From NCBI GenBank assembly GCA_016182015.1, contig JACOYC010000010.1, positions 1 through 58,368 of the forward strand: 58,368 nt of DNA. The letters are read 5' to 3'. Source of the stretch: Nanobdellati archaeon. Its GTDB lineage: Archaea; Nanobdellota; Nanobdellia; UBA10117. The position numbers and the translations under genes are program-made. How positions within the stretch are numbered: position 1 is the first letter of the stretch; every line of letters begins with the position of its first letter. Under the pieces are notes generated by a model. The model did no database searches, was not told the origin of the DNA, and saw only the letters and a list, made by a program, of their open reading frames with translations. This document shows positions 33,343 through 42,268 of the stretch, piece after piece.

Positions 33343-34141
33343 AACTAAACACAAAATAATCATCGGCGATTGTTTGGAAAAATTAAAAAATATTCCAGCA
33401 GATAGCGTAGATTTAGTTTTTGCCGATCCACCCTACAACATGTCAAAGAAGCAAGGCCTTGGCTGGAAATACAGCAAGCACGTAACCATGCAGGAAAATT
33501 GGGATATGTTTTCCAAAGATGAATTTTTTAGTTTTAATTTACGATGGATTGCGGAATGCCTGCGCGTGCTGAAGCATGGCGGGAGCTTATGGGTTTGCGG
33601 TTCGTTCCATAACATTTATCAAATTGGATTTATTTTGCAAAATTTCTTCACCGACATAAAAATAAACAATAGTGTTGTTTGGTTTAAGCCAAACGCCCAG
33701 CCAAACATAACTTGCAGGATGTTTACAGAAAGCACGGAGCATTTAATCTGGGCATCTAAAAATGGAATTGGCAAGAAGTGGAAATTTAATTACACAGATA
33801 CAAAAAATCTAATCTCTGATGAAATAAATCCAAAAGGAAAGCAAACGAGAAATGTGTGGAGCATTGCATTAACTCCAAGAAGCGAAAAATGGGCAGGCGA
33901 ACACCCAACACAGAAGCCAGTTGAGTTGCTGCGCAGAGTTCTACTGGCCTGCACAGACGAAGGCGATACTGTGCTTGATCCATTTTTAGGCTCCGGTACA
34001 ACATCATTCGTAGCAAAAACGTTTGGCAGACATTCGATTGGGATTGAAAAAGAGGCAAAGTATTTGCCAATTATTCAGAAAAGACTGAGTCCGGCACAGA
34101 AGAGAATTGGGGAAGAAGCGGAGATTGAGATAATAAGATAA
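33335..34141 (+). CDS. DNA methyltransferase, beta-class (N6-adenine or N4-cytosine)
   Basis: Motif IV VFADPPYN is N-terminal and motif I VLDPFLGSGTT is C-terminal, which is the beta permutation. Confidence 0.85.
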   Translation: MVKTKHKIIIGDCLEKLKNIPADSVDLVFADPPYNMSKKQGLGWKYSKHVTMQENWDMFSKDEFFSFNLRWIAECLRVLKHGGSLWVCGSFHNIYQIGFILQNFFTDIKINNSVVWFKPNAQPNITCRMFTESTEHLIWASKNGIGKKWKFNYTDTKNLISDEINPKGKQTRNVWSIALTPRSEKWAGEHPTQKPVELLRRVLLACTDEGDTVLDPFLGSGTTSFVAKTFGRHSIGIEKEAKYLPIIQKRLSPAQKRIGEEAEIEIIR

Positions 34142-34326
34142 TGGAACAGCCATTCGATTTGTCAAATATCAGCTTACCGATTGCAACATTACTCGGAGCT
34201 GCATGGCTAATTAGCAAAGGAAATAATTTGGGTTGGATAATTTTAGGTTTTGGTTTCTTTTGGTGGATATTAGATCAAATAATAAAGTGGTTGCGGATGG
34301 AATATTACTATAGACATCGTATATAA
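34141..34326 (+). CDS. small 2-TM membrane protein
   Basis: 61 aa. Its ATG overlaps the methyltransferase stop (TAATG). Confidence 0.45.
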   Translation: MEQPFDLSNISLPIATLLGAAWLISKGNNLGWIILGFGFFWWILDQIIKWLRMEYYYRHRI

Positions 34327-34521
34327 TTGTACCAGCTATGCCCTCGATTTTCTTCCGCTCCACCTCTGCGAAGGGCAGACCACTATTTTTAATTATTTTA
34401 GTCGAGATTTGCAATTATAAACCGTCCCAAACCAATTTGAACCGAAAGGAAGCCCTAGCTGCCCCCGCTCGCCAACGGTCTCGTAGCTAAATTATATATT
34501 AGTGCAGTTTTACTAATTGCC

Positions 34522-35025
34522 ATGGAAACACGTGAGCCGAGTAATATATTTGAGCTGGCCATCCGCATTCTAAAGCAAAGGCGGTATGCCCTCGTGACAT
34601 TAGCGGGGTTTGCCGGCTTCTTTGTTCTCTACTCTTTCATCTCGGGCTTCTGGCAGATCCCGGGCATCAGCCTTCGATTTGTGCGGGACACGCCGATAAC
34701 TGCGTATGATGTACTTTACATTGTGCTGGTCGCGGTTTTTGCTGGCCTGCTTATCACGCTGCTAAAGTACAAAGCAGATGAAGTTAGACTCAAAACTGAG
34801 AAGGGAGTTGCGGGTGTCGGTGCGCTCATCGCCGGAATTTTCAGCGCGTCCTGCCCGGTCTGCCAGGGTGTTGCGATCGCTGCATTCGGCACAACCTTCT
34901 TCTCTGTTCCGTTCGGCCCGCTCGTGCCTTACATCAGCGTGCTGAAGATTGTCGGGCTTGCCACGCTCGTGCTTGCTATATATTTAACTTTAGATAGTAT
35001 TTACACAAAAACATGTAGGATATAG
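34522..35025 (+). CDS. 4-TM membrane protein with intramembrane CPVC motif
   Basis: IFSASCPVCQGVAIAAFG lies within a hydrophobic helix. Confidence 0.55.
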   Translation: METREPSNIFELAIRILKQRRYALVTLAGFAGFFVLYSFISGFWQIPGISLRFVRDTPITAYDVLYIVLVAVFAGLLITLLKYKADEVRLKTEKGVAGVGALIAGIFSASCPVCQGVAIAAFGTTFFSVPFGPLVPYISVLKIVGLATLVLAIYLTLDSIYTKTCRI

Positions 35026-35031
35026 GCTGCT

Positions 35032-35802
35032 ATGAAAAACATTTTAAACCCTATGCTGTCTCTGCTCGTGATGGACGATTCAGATAATAAACAACCAGAA
35101 CAGCCACGCCCGCATACAACTGCAAAACACAAGGGTAATCTTGTTTCGTTTTTATATAATAATAATGTTGCCTTTGGATTGATTATTGTTCTTGTGGCGC
35201 TGCTTGCAGTCAATGGATTTCTTATTCAAACTATCGGTGGGCAGGGCGGCTCTGTAACACTCAGCGCAGACCTGCACTATGATGCAAAAACCACGCTCAA
35301 GCCGATGCCGCTTGCCACGGGTGAGCAGCCGAGAATCTCCGGTTACAGGAGCATAGTCAAGCCGCTGCCAACAATCAGCGAACTGCCAATTACTGCATCC
35401 ACTGGAGACGTTGTAAAGGATTTAATAAATAATATAATTCCGCGCGGGACGCCATGGTACGGCTCCGAAGCCGGTGTTTCATTTGATGACCCGCTCACTG
35501 CACAAAAGTTATGGGCTAAGGCACAGGCAATCCAGCTCTCCGCGGATGAACAGAAACGCTGGGGCAGGATTGTAAACTCATTCACATGCGACTACTGCTG
35601 CGGCTCGCCGCAGAGGCCAACAATAATAACACACTGCGGCTGTGCGCACTCCAAGGCGGCACAGGGTATGGCAAAATGGTTCATCAAAAACTACGGAGAT
35701 AAATATTCTGACGAGCAGATTTACGGGGAGCTGGCCAGATGGTATGCGCTGTGGTATCCGGGGCCGACTGTGAAGAGAATAGTTCAGGAGCTGCAGGCAT
35801 GA
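35032..35802 (+). CDS. membrane-anchored protein with CDYCCG...HCGCAH Cys cluster
   Basis: One TM helix, then an extracytoplasmic domain containing FTCDYCCGSPQRPTIITHCGCAHS. Confidence 0.55.
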   Translation: MKNILNPMLSLLVMDDSDNKQPEQPRPHTTAKHKGNLVSFLYNNNVAFGLIIVLVALLAVNGFLIQTIGGQGGSVTLSADLHYDAKTTLKPMPLATGEQPRISGYRSIVKPLPTISELPITASTGDVVKDLINNIIPRGTPWYGSEAGVSFDDPLTAQKLWAKAQAIQLSADEQKRWGRIVNSFTCDYCCGSPQRPTIITHCGCAHSKAAQGMAKWFIKNYGDKYSDEQIYGELARWYALWYPGPTVKRIVQELQA

Positions 35803-36344
35803 AAAAAATATCGTTGTTGATACTAGGCGCAGTCTTACTATTGAGTTTAAGTTTAGTTAGCGCAGCCACGCAGCAGGAGCTCACCGAAGCCAAAAATCTG
35901 ATTGATTCCAAAGCAGACTGCAAAAGCTTATCGGATTCTCAACTAGAGCTCATTGGCGAATACGATATGGAGCAGATGCACCCCGGGCAGAGCCACGAGG
36001 CAATGCACGCCATGATGGGTTTCAAGGAAGGGGACAGCCAGGAACAGCAATTCCACATCAAACTAGCTCGAGCAGAATATTGTGGCGAGGAAAATGTTTT
36101 TGGGCCTGAAGGTATGATGGGTGGAGGAATGATGGATATGATGGGCGGGCAAAATATGCAAAGCAATATGATGGGAAACTTGCGTGGCATGGGTTATTGG
36201 AACTTTATTAATATTGTTTATGTAGTTTTATTATTAGGTGTTACAGTTTTGGTTTATCTGGGAATTTACAAGCTCTGGCGCTGGGAACCGAAACATAAGA
36301 AAGATTCTGATCATAATAACGGAGGAAAAACGCAAGCGAAATGA
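35799..36344 (+). CDS. secreted Met/His-rich protein (probable Cu-binding), C-terminal TM
   Basis: Signal peptide MKKISLLILGAVLL. Met/His-rich tracts MHPGQSHEAMHAMMG and GMMGGGMMDMMGGQNMQSNMMGN. ATGA overlap with the previous gene. Confidence 0.6.
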   Translation: MKKISLLILGAVLLLSLSLVSAATQQELTEAKNLIDSKADCKSLSDSQLELIGEYDMEQMHPGQSHEAMHAMMGFKEGDSQEQQFHIKLARAEYCGEENVFGPEGMMGGGMMDMMGGQNMQSNMMGNLRGMGYWNFINIVYVVLLLGVTVLVYLGIYKLWRWEPKHKKDSDHNNGGKTQAK

Positions 36345-36607
36345 GTTTCGCTGCGCCACACTCCGAAGGAGTTATGGAAATGGAAAGAAAAGAACTACTG
36401 GTTGTCGTGCTGATAGCTGTGCTGTTGGTAACGACTGCGATACAAACTGCGTCGCTCCTAGGAATGGGCGGCGGTTCAATAAGCAGCGGGTCAAAATCGA
36501 TTTCGGCTACAAGTTCAGCACCGCAGCAAAGCGCGTCAAGCAGTCCAGCACAACGGACAAGCTCGGCAAGCCTAAATGACCTGCCAGGCATGGTTGGCGG
36601 CTGCTGA
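36341..36607 (+). CDS. small TM protein with Ser-rich tail ending ...LPGMVGGC
   Basis: 88-aa ORF with an ATGA overlap to the previous gene. One TM helix. Confidence 0.4.
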   Translation: MSFAAPHSEGVMEMERKELLVVVLIAVLLVTTAIQTASLLGMGGGSISSGSKSISATSSAPQQSASSSPAQRTSSASLNDLPGMVGGC

Positions 36608-36621
36608 AATGAGTGTTTTGT

Positions 36622-36757
36622 CGGGTTTGCGCAAAGCAAACCCGGCCGCGGAGGGATCAGGACAAAGCAAAATTCTGCGGAATTTGCTTGTGCCACGAAA
36701 GCTTCGCTTTCATTGGCGCGCTCGAAACTGGGGGAACCCGCAGGGTGCCCGCGGTTC
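36622..36757. repeat. hairpin-module array C
   Basis: CGGGTTTGC-GCAAA-GCAAACCCG, AAGCAAAATTC..GGAATTTGCTT, GAAAGC-TTC-GCTTTC (36697-36711) and GAACCCGC..GCGGTTC. Confidence 0.75.
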
Positions 36758-36761
36758 AGAA

Positions 36762-37892
36762 ATGGAGCAAAAAATAGAACATGTGCTGTATCTGCTATTA
36801 GCTGCAGCTGTAGTCCTATCGCTGATAAACTCTGGCATCGTTGTGAACAGCGCGCTGGCAAGCCGAGAGGCTGCAAAATTAGCGGAAGAAGCAGCAAAGC
36901 CTGCAAATATTGATGTAATCACAATTACCGCAAACGCCTGTACAGATTGTTTTGACATAAATGCAATTGTTGATAATCTGAAGAAAGCAAATATAAAAAT
37001 AGATTCTGAAAAAATCATTGATACCTCGTCCAGCGAGGCAAAACAATTAATCGCTGATTATAAAATAAATAAACTGCCGACGATTATTGTGACTGGTGAT
37101 GTTGGCAGGCAATCCGTGAAAAGCTTCTTCGGCGCTGGCTGGCAGGCCACAGAAACATCTGCTGTTTACACTGGACAGCTTCCGCCATACGCAGACGCGG
37201 CTGGCGCTGTGAAAGGTCTGGTTGGTATAACGCGGATTGTTGACAGAAACTGCGAGAAGTGCGGTGACCTGTCAAACGTGCTAGATTTCTTCAAGCAGGC
37301 CGGCGTGAAATTCTCATCAGAAAAAATACTTGACTATGATTCGGCGGAAGGAAGGGAATTAACTAACAGGTTTGGCGTGGAAAGATTGCCGGCGATGGTA
37401 ATTTCAAAGGATATTTTAGAATATCCGGTTGTGGCGGAGGTGTGGCCGCAGCTTGGCGCTGAGGAAAAGCAAGGAATGTACGCGCTGCATGCAACAAGCC
37501 CGCCCTACCGCGACATTAAACAAAATAAAATAATCGGACTGGTAACTGTTGTTTACCTGTCAGATAAATCATGTACAACGTGCTATGATGTAAAAACAAA
37601 TAAACAGATACTAGAAAACTTTGGAATTGCGCTAAACTCTGAATCAGATATAGACGTTTCGGATACGGCTGGCAAGACACTCATCAAAAAATACTCAATA
37701 ACAAAAGTTCCAGTCATACTTGTTTCGCCGGAGGGCAAGGACTACGCGCGGTTCGTCTCCGCCTGGCGGCAGGTAGGCGACGTTTCGGAGGACGGCTGGC
37801 ACATCATGCGCAACCCAAATGTTCTCGGGACTTACAAAGACCTGACAACCGGGCAAGTAGTTACGCCGCAGCAGGCCGGGGCCGCAAGCTAA
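36762..37892 (+). CDS. membrane-anchored protein with three tandem thioredoxin/glutaredoxin-like CxxC repeats
   Basis: Start at MEQKIEHV (TM helix). Three ~95-aa repeats each carry CxxC (CTDC, CEKC, CTTC) and a (K/R)LP(T/A)/KVPV segment. Confidence 0.7.
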   Translation: MEQKIEHVLYLLLAAAVVLSLINSGIVVNSALASREAAKLAEEAAKPANIDVITITANACTDCFDINAIVDNLKKANIKIDSEKIIDTSSSEAKQLIADYKINKLPTIIVTGDVGRQSVKSFFGAGWQATETSAVYTGQLPPYADAAGAVKGLVGITRIVDRNCEKCGDLSNVLDFFKQAGVKFSSEKILDYDSAEGRELTNRFGVERLPAMVISKDILEYPVVAEVWPQLGAEEKQGMYALHATSPPYRDIKQNKIIGLVTVVYLSDKSCTTCYDVKTNKQILENFGIALNSESDIDVSDTAGKTLIKKYSITKVPVILVSPEGKDYARFVSAWRQVGDVSEDGWHIMRNPNVLGTYKDLTTGQVVTPQQAGAAS

Positions 37893-37895
37893 ACC

Positions 37896-38369
37896 ATGGA
37901 CCACAAACACAAACTTTATTTTGGTATTGGTGTCATAATATTGATACTCATAATTGGAATAATTTTTGTTAACTTTGGTCCGCGGGCTTCTGTGAAGCAA
38001 GCTTACAGTGTACCTGGCCCTGAAGAAGTTGTGCGCCAGTATTTTGAATCCTGGGGCAATAAGAACTGGCCTGATATGTACGCAACAATCTCAGATGGTT
38101 TCAAGCGAATAGACGAAAATGCGAAAGATCTCGCCTCTTTTAGAAATTTTGCAAGTGCGCAGGGTATAACTGGCGTTAACATAATAACTATAAAAGAAAA
38201 ATCAAATGACGGCCGCACAGCAACTGTTGCCTACTCAGTTAATTTTATTCTAAGCGATGGAAGTAAGAGACAGTTCAGCGACAGCTTCACGCTGAAGTTC
38301 CGGGATGGTGATATAATTCGCGGCTGGAAACTCATACATCCGTACGGGAAAAATATAGATGCAAGTTAA
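37896..38369 (+). CDS. membrane-anchored NTF2/SnoaL-like protein
   Basis: TM helix followed by VVRQYFESWGNKNWPDMY. Confidence 0.5.
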   Translation: MDHKHKLYFGIGVIILILIIGIIFVNFGPRASVKQAYSVPGPEEVVRQYFESWGNKNWPDMYATISDGFKRIDENAKDLASFRNFASAQGITGVNIITIKEKSNDGRTATVAYSVNFILSDGSKRQFSDSFTLKFRDGDIIRGWKLIHPYGKNIDAS

Positions 38370-38392
38370 ATTAATAGCAGAAATTACTGCAT

Positions 38393-38737
38393 TTACGGCT
38401 CTTTAAAAAATTTTTTTGCGTGCACTTGCCTGTGCCAGGGATCGTTCAGCAATTCGAGCAGCGTATTTTTATCCGCGTTCAGTCTTTGGAGTTCATTCTC
38501 AGTTAAGTGCTGTGCCAGCTCCGGAAATATATCCTGCAGTGGCTGGCTTCTGACAAGCCGTTTCAGCTCGCTCATATTCCACTGTTTTTTGTATATCATT
38601 TTCAGGCCGCCAAAAAATCTGCGTTTAAGTATTTCTATTTCTACATTGTTAAAATCATAATTAGTATCTGGATACGCAGTTATCGAAATACTGCCAAGGC
38701 GATAGTAAGGCAGTATGCTGCATTCAATCGGCGGCAT
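38393..38737 (-). CDS. hypothetical protein
   Basis: 114-aa ORF. The real start may be the internal MIYKKQW. Confidence 0.35.
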   Translation of the reverse strand: MPPIECSILPYYRLGSISITAYPDTNYDFNNVEIEILKRRFFGGLKMIYKKQWNMSELKRLVRSQPLQDIFPELAQHLTENELQRLNADKNTLLELLNDPWHRQVHAKKFFKEP

Positions 38738-38770
38738 AAAGTTTATATAATACTGAAGTTTAAATACTTG

Positions 38771-39172
38771 ATGGCCAAACTTTCTATAGCACTGATTTTA
38801 ATAACTGTAATCGCGCTGAGCGGCTGCGTCGGTGGCACAACTGAAAAAAGCGCAAGTGACGGCTCGGTAAAAATTATACCGCTGGCAATCGCGCACACCG
38901 GTTATAGCCCAAGCACAATAACAGTAAACAAAGGAGATTATGTAAAAATTCAGGCTGTTGCCGCGGTAGGCACTAGCACGCATGCCCATGGCGTAACAAT
39001 AGATGAGTACGGAATTAACAAAAAAGTTACCACTGAGGATCCGGCTTCACCTGAAGTAATTGAATTTTTGGCTGACAAGGCTGGCACTTTCAAAATATAC
39101 TGCGGCACGTGCAAGGAAGGAATTTTCGGAGCTGAACATCCTAAGATTGAAGCCAAGCTGGTTGTTAAGTGA
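38771..39172 (+). CDS. cupredoxin-like lipoprotein
   Basis: Lipobox-like LSGC. Sequence ...THAHGVTIDEYG...GTFKIYCGTCKEGIFGAEH resembles a cupredoxin-fold metal site. Confidence 0.55.
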   Translation: MAKLSIALILITVIALSGCVGGTTEKSASDGSVKIIPLAIAHTGYSPSTITVNKGDYVKIQAVAAVGTSTHAHGVTIDEYGINKKVTTEDPASPEVIEFLADKAGTFKIYCGTCKEGIFGAEHPKIEAKLVVK

Positions 39173-39435
39173 TGGCGGCCAGCCTGGAAAAAAGAGTTTT
39201 GGCGATAGAAGAACGCAATAAACACGTAGAGGCTGACAAGGCTTGGGAGAGGAGTTACACAAGACGTATCTTATTGGTAATTTTTACATATCTTGCGATT
39301 GGCTTTTACTTGCAGGCAATTAATATTGCAAATCCGTGGCTGAATGCCATCGTGCCAGCCATCGCGTTTATGCTGTCCACGCTGACACTGCCGATGTTCA
39401 AGAAGGCGTGGTTAACGTTTAGAAAAATTTATTGA
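39169..39435 (+). CDS. small 2-TM membrane protein
   Basis: 88 aa. Overlaps the previous stop by 4 nt. Confidence 0.5.
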   Translation: MMAASLEKRVLAIEERNKHVEADKAWERSYTRRILLVIFTYLAIGFYLQAINIANPWLNAIVPAIAFMLSTLTLPMFKKAWLTFRKIY

Positions 39436-40327
39436 TTACTGGAACCAACATATCTGCAGCTACCAATCCTAAAACAAGATTATACTGCGGCAGGAAAAAA
39501 CTGAATGCGACGGCTGCGGCTGCCGCGATTATTCCGAATATAATCCTGCCCTTCTGCGTGTCTGGTGATGTTTTCGGCTCGGTAAGCATGAAAAACCCGA
39601 AGAAGTAGGCCGCGCTTTGTGCCACCAGAAAATCTATTATCTGGCTTGGAAAGTTAAAAACTGCTGTTAGCAGAATATAAGTAAGTAAAAATGTAATTGG
39701 CAGCTCCAGCCGCCTCAGTTTGTAAATTACAATAAATCCCAAAATTACCGGCAGCCACCATATCACGCTGCCTTGCCAGCCATGGGAAGCCGGCAGGAAA
39801 AAAGGAACGATGGCCAGCGCGAGATTTGCCGGATTGAAAATATGTTTATTGTGGGCGCGAATTATATGTTTCAGCGCTATCGCCAAGGCTGCTGCGATCG
39901 CAACTATATACAACTTGTTTGCCGACAGAACTAATGTTATTATAAAACCAGTTACAATTGGTGATTTCCAGTAAAAATCAAAATTCTTGTGTTTTACGTA
40001 GTTTATCGCGGCGTCCAGTATGACTGCAGTTGCGATCGCTATGACTGCGGCCATAACAATTTGCTGTGATTTTGAAAAATAAGCTGAAACTATCGTGATA
40101 ATAACCATCGCCAAAATCATTAAATTGTAAACATCGGAAAAAAAGTTACGTATTACATCAAATGGCCTGTGCTCCGCCTCAAAAATCGCTTCTTTTGCCC
40201 TTGCAGTGCCAATATCCTTTCCCAAATATTCTATGGTTCTTGTTTTAACTTCCCCGCCCTTTCTTTTCGATTCTTTTAGATAGTAATATCGCCTGCCTTT
40301 GATTTTCCTTTTTTCTATGTATGCCAT
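39419..40327 (-). CDS. polytopic membrane protein (weak RnfD/NqrB-like NPA segment)
   Basis: Basic N-terminus followed by about 8 TM helices. Contains HIFNPANLALAIV. Confidence 0.55.
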   Translation of the reverse strand: MAYIEKRKIKGRRYYYLKESKRKGGEVKTRTIEYLGKDIGTARAKEAIFEAEHRPFDVIRNFFSDVYNLMILAMVIITIVSAYFSKSQQIVMAAVIAIATAVILDAAINYVKHKNFDFYWKSPIVTGFIITLVLSANKLYIVAIAAALAIALKHIIRAHNKHIFNPANLALAIVPFFLPASHGWQGSVIWWLPVILGFIVIYKLRRLELPITFLLTYILLTAVFNFPSQIIDFLVAQSAAYFFGFFMLTEPKTSPDTQKGRIIFGIIAAAAAVAFSFFLPQYNLVLGLVAADMLVPVINKFF

Positions 40328-40368
40328 TGCGAGTTACGTATTACATATTTCTGGGTTGCGTATTACGT

Positions 40369-40656
40369 TCATGAAATATCGCGGTGTGTTTCGTACATAA
40401 ACGCTGCGTCTTTGTCATGCCTTTTCAGCTCGGTTGTTGTCTTTCTAAAAATGTCCGACGTGTTTACGCAAATTTTTTTCTTTGATTCGGCCTTTACCCA
40501 TTTTGTGATTCTGCCGGCAACAGATTTCGCCACGTTCTCGCAGGCTTTTTTGCTCAGGCGAACAACGAAGCAGGCTGCATAAACTGAGCCATATACTTTT
40601 TTTTCGTCGTACTTTTCTATGCGGCCTTTCCTCTTGACTACGCAGTGTTTCGCCAT
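40369..40656 (-). CDS. ATP-cone domain protein
   Basis: Start at MAKHCVVKRKGRIEKYDEKKVYGSV.... The longer ORF to 40866 is read-through of hairpin repeats. Confidence 0.65.
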   Translation of the reverse strand: MAKHCVVKRKGRIEKYDEKKVYGSVYAACFVVRLSKKACENVAKSVAGRITKWVKAESKKKICVNTSDIFRKTTTELKRHDKDAAFMYETHRDIS

Positions 40657-40680
40657 TTTTTCTCCCAAACCATATTTTAT

Positions 40681-40824
40681 GAAAAAATCCGCAAAACTCC
40701 GCCCTTTAGGGCGCGGGATACGCGGATTTTTCCATTCAGCCAAAATTCGTTTTGGCTGACCAGTCGAACTTTGTTCGAACTGTTCCTCAAAATCGCGGTT
40801 AAGCGAGCAGCGATTTTGAGTTAT
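40681..40824 (-). repeat. mosaic hairpin element, copy D (inverted relative to E/F)
   Basis: Its reverse complement shares ATAACTCAAAATCGCTGCTCGC, GTTCGAACAAAGTTCGACTGGTCAGCCAAAA..TTTTGGCTGAATGGAAAAAT with copy E. The last 4 nt overlap the ccdA stop codon. Confidence 0.85.
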
Positions 40825-41528
40825 ATGAATGTTATTGTTCCGTTTGCTATTAGTATGAGCAGCCAACCTAAAAAGATGAGCAGCACGCCTGACGCGAGGC
40901 GCATCAGCGGCCTGTTACGGTGTTTCCATTTTTTAATTACATGAATTTTTGTGCCAAAATAAGTAAGCATTAATATTGCTATCAGCGGCAATACAAAAAT
41001 AAAGTTGTATAATACCAGAAGGAGGAATGCTGTTAAGTCAAACTGCTGCGAGAGCAGCGCGATTATTGCGAGATATGGCGCGCCGGTACAAGGCAGTTCG
41101 ACGCCGGCCACGAATGCGCCGAGAAATAAAATGCCTGGCAGGGTGATTTTTTTTGTATAATCTGAAATTTTCTTTGACATCTCGGGCGGAATTGAGAGTG
41201 TGAAGCCGCGCCCATACCAAAAATAGTCTTTGATTTCTACCAGGCCTGCAAACACAATTATGGAAGCAACAGCAATCGCCAAATACTCTGACAAATACAG
41301 CGGAATGCGGCTGAAAAAATACACTAAGCCGAGGCCGGCCGCCAGGTATGTTGCGAAAACTGCAGATATATATAAAAATCCGTATGTCAGGAGCTTTTTC
41401 CTTACATGGGAAGCTGTCAAGATCGATACTAATAAAATCAGCACGCCGATTGCGCACGGATTTATTGAGTCAACCGCTGCAGTTATTATTACTGCGCCAA
41501 GCGTTGGAATGGATGCAGCAACTGCCAT
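40821..41528 (-). CDS. ccdA: CcdA/DsbD-family thiol-disulfide electron transporter
   Basis: Six TM helices. Conserved Cys in DSINPCAIGVL and VELPCTGAPYL. Confidence 0.8.
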   Translation of the reverse strand: MAVAASIPTLGAVIITAAVDSINPCAIGVLILLVSILTASHVRKKLLTYGFLYISAVFATYLAAGLGLVYFFSRIPLYLSEYLAIAVASIIVFAGLVEIKDYFWYGRGFTLSIPPEMSKKISDYTKKITLPGILFLGAFVAGVELPCTGAPYLAIIALLSQQFDLTAFLLLVLYNFIFVLPLIAILMLTYFGTKIHVIKKWKHRNRPLMRLASGVLLIFLGWLLILIANGTITFI

Positions 41529-42268
41529 TACGCGCCACCTCTGACTCTCACAACAAGCAGGCCATCTTCGCTGAGCTGTGTCTCTGAAAATACAAATTTT
41601 ATTTTATCTCCCGGAGGCACTGTCGAGTATGGTGAGATTATATAATCCTGCGCGTTTTCTTGCAGCCTGCCATTGACAAAAACATACCACTTTGCAGGCC
41701 TGCCGTTGCACAAATCCCCATTTGTTAATTTTTTGTAGCCGTGCTCCGTAGGCAGGCCGAGCGTGCCATCAGTAAATTCGCCGCCGACTGACTCGAAGTA
41801 CTCGTGCAGGCTGGCCTGCTCCAACTTCAGAAGAACGCCCTCAACATGAATTCTATTATCGCCATGTTCATGCACTGTTGGATCGCCGACAAAATTTTTC
41901 AGGCCTGCCGGCTTGGCAAGCTCATATTTCTGGCCGCACGCAAATATTTCATAGTCTGCATGCCAGTGGACTGGGCCGTGGCTCTCTGACTTAACGTTGA
42001 GGTAGACTGTTGTTGCTGACAGATATGCTGTTGAAATTACAATCGGCACAGATATTATCAAAAATAAAATCTTTTTGTGGCTTTCTTTTAATTTCGTAAG
42101 CGCCAATGACGCAACGATTGCAGCAATAAAAACTGCAGCCGCAAAAATAAGCAATATATTCGGGTCGATTAAATTAAGCTGGCCCCAGACATCTTCTTCT
42201 GTCCCGTGGGCAAGAGCCGACGGCAGCACGGCGGCTAGCAAAAGCAAGAGTACTTTTTTAGTGGCCAT
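41528..42268 (-). CDS. secreted/anchored His-rich domain protein (HWHA...CG...HEHGDNRIHVEG family)
   Basis: Signal peptide plus TM helix. Paralogous to the C-terminal domain of 51552..52217. Overlaps the ccdA start by 1 nt. Confidence 0.6.
   Translation of the reverse strand: MATKKVLLLLLAAVLPSALAHGTEEDVWGQLNLIDPNILLIFAAAVFIAAIVASLALTKLKESHKKILFLIISVPIVISTAYLSATTVYLNVKSESHGPVHWHADYEIFACGQKYELAKPAGLKNFVGDPTVHEHGDNRIHVEGVLLKLEQASLHEYFESVGGEFTDGTLGLPTEHGYKKLTNGDLCNGRPAKWYVFVNGRLQENAQDYIISPYSTVPPGDKIKFVFSETQLSEDGLLVVRVRGGA

Noticed and set aside
34330-34500. Possible tRNA or other small RNA, or an att site, downstream of the methyltransferase module. The minus strand contains CGGTTCAAATTGG, which resembles a T-loop.
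   Set aside because: I could not build a cloverleaf. No acceptor-stem complement to GCTACGA is present, the D-arm and anticodon arm do not pair, and the T-stem arms are not complementary. It remains an unexplained 190-nt intergenic region.
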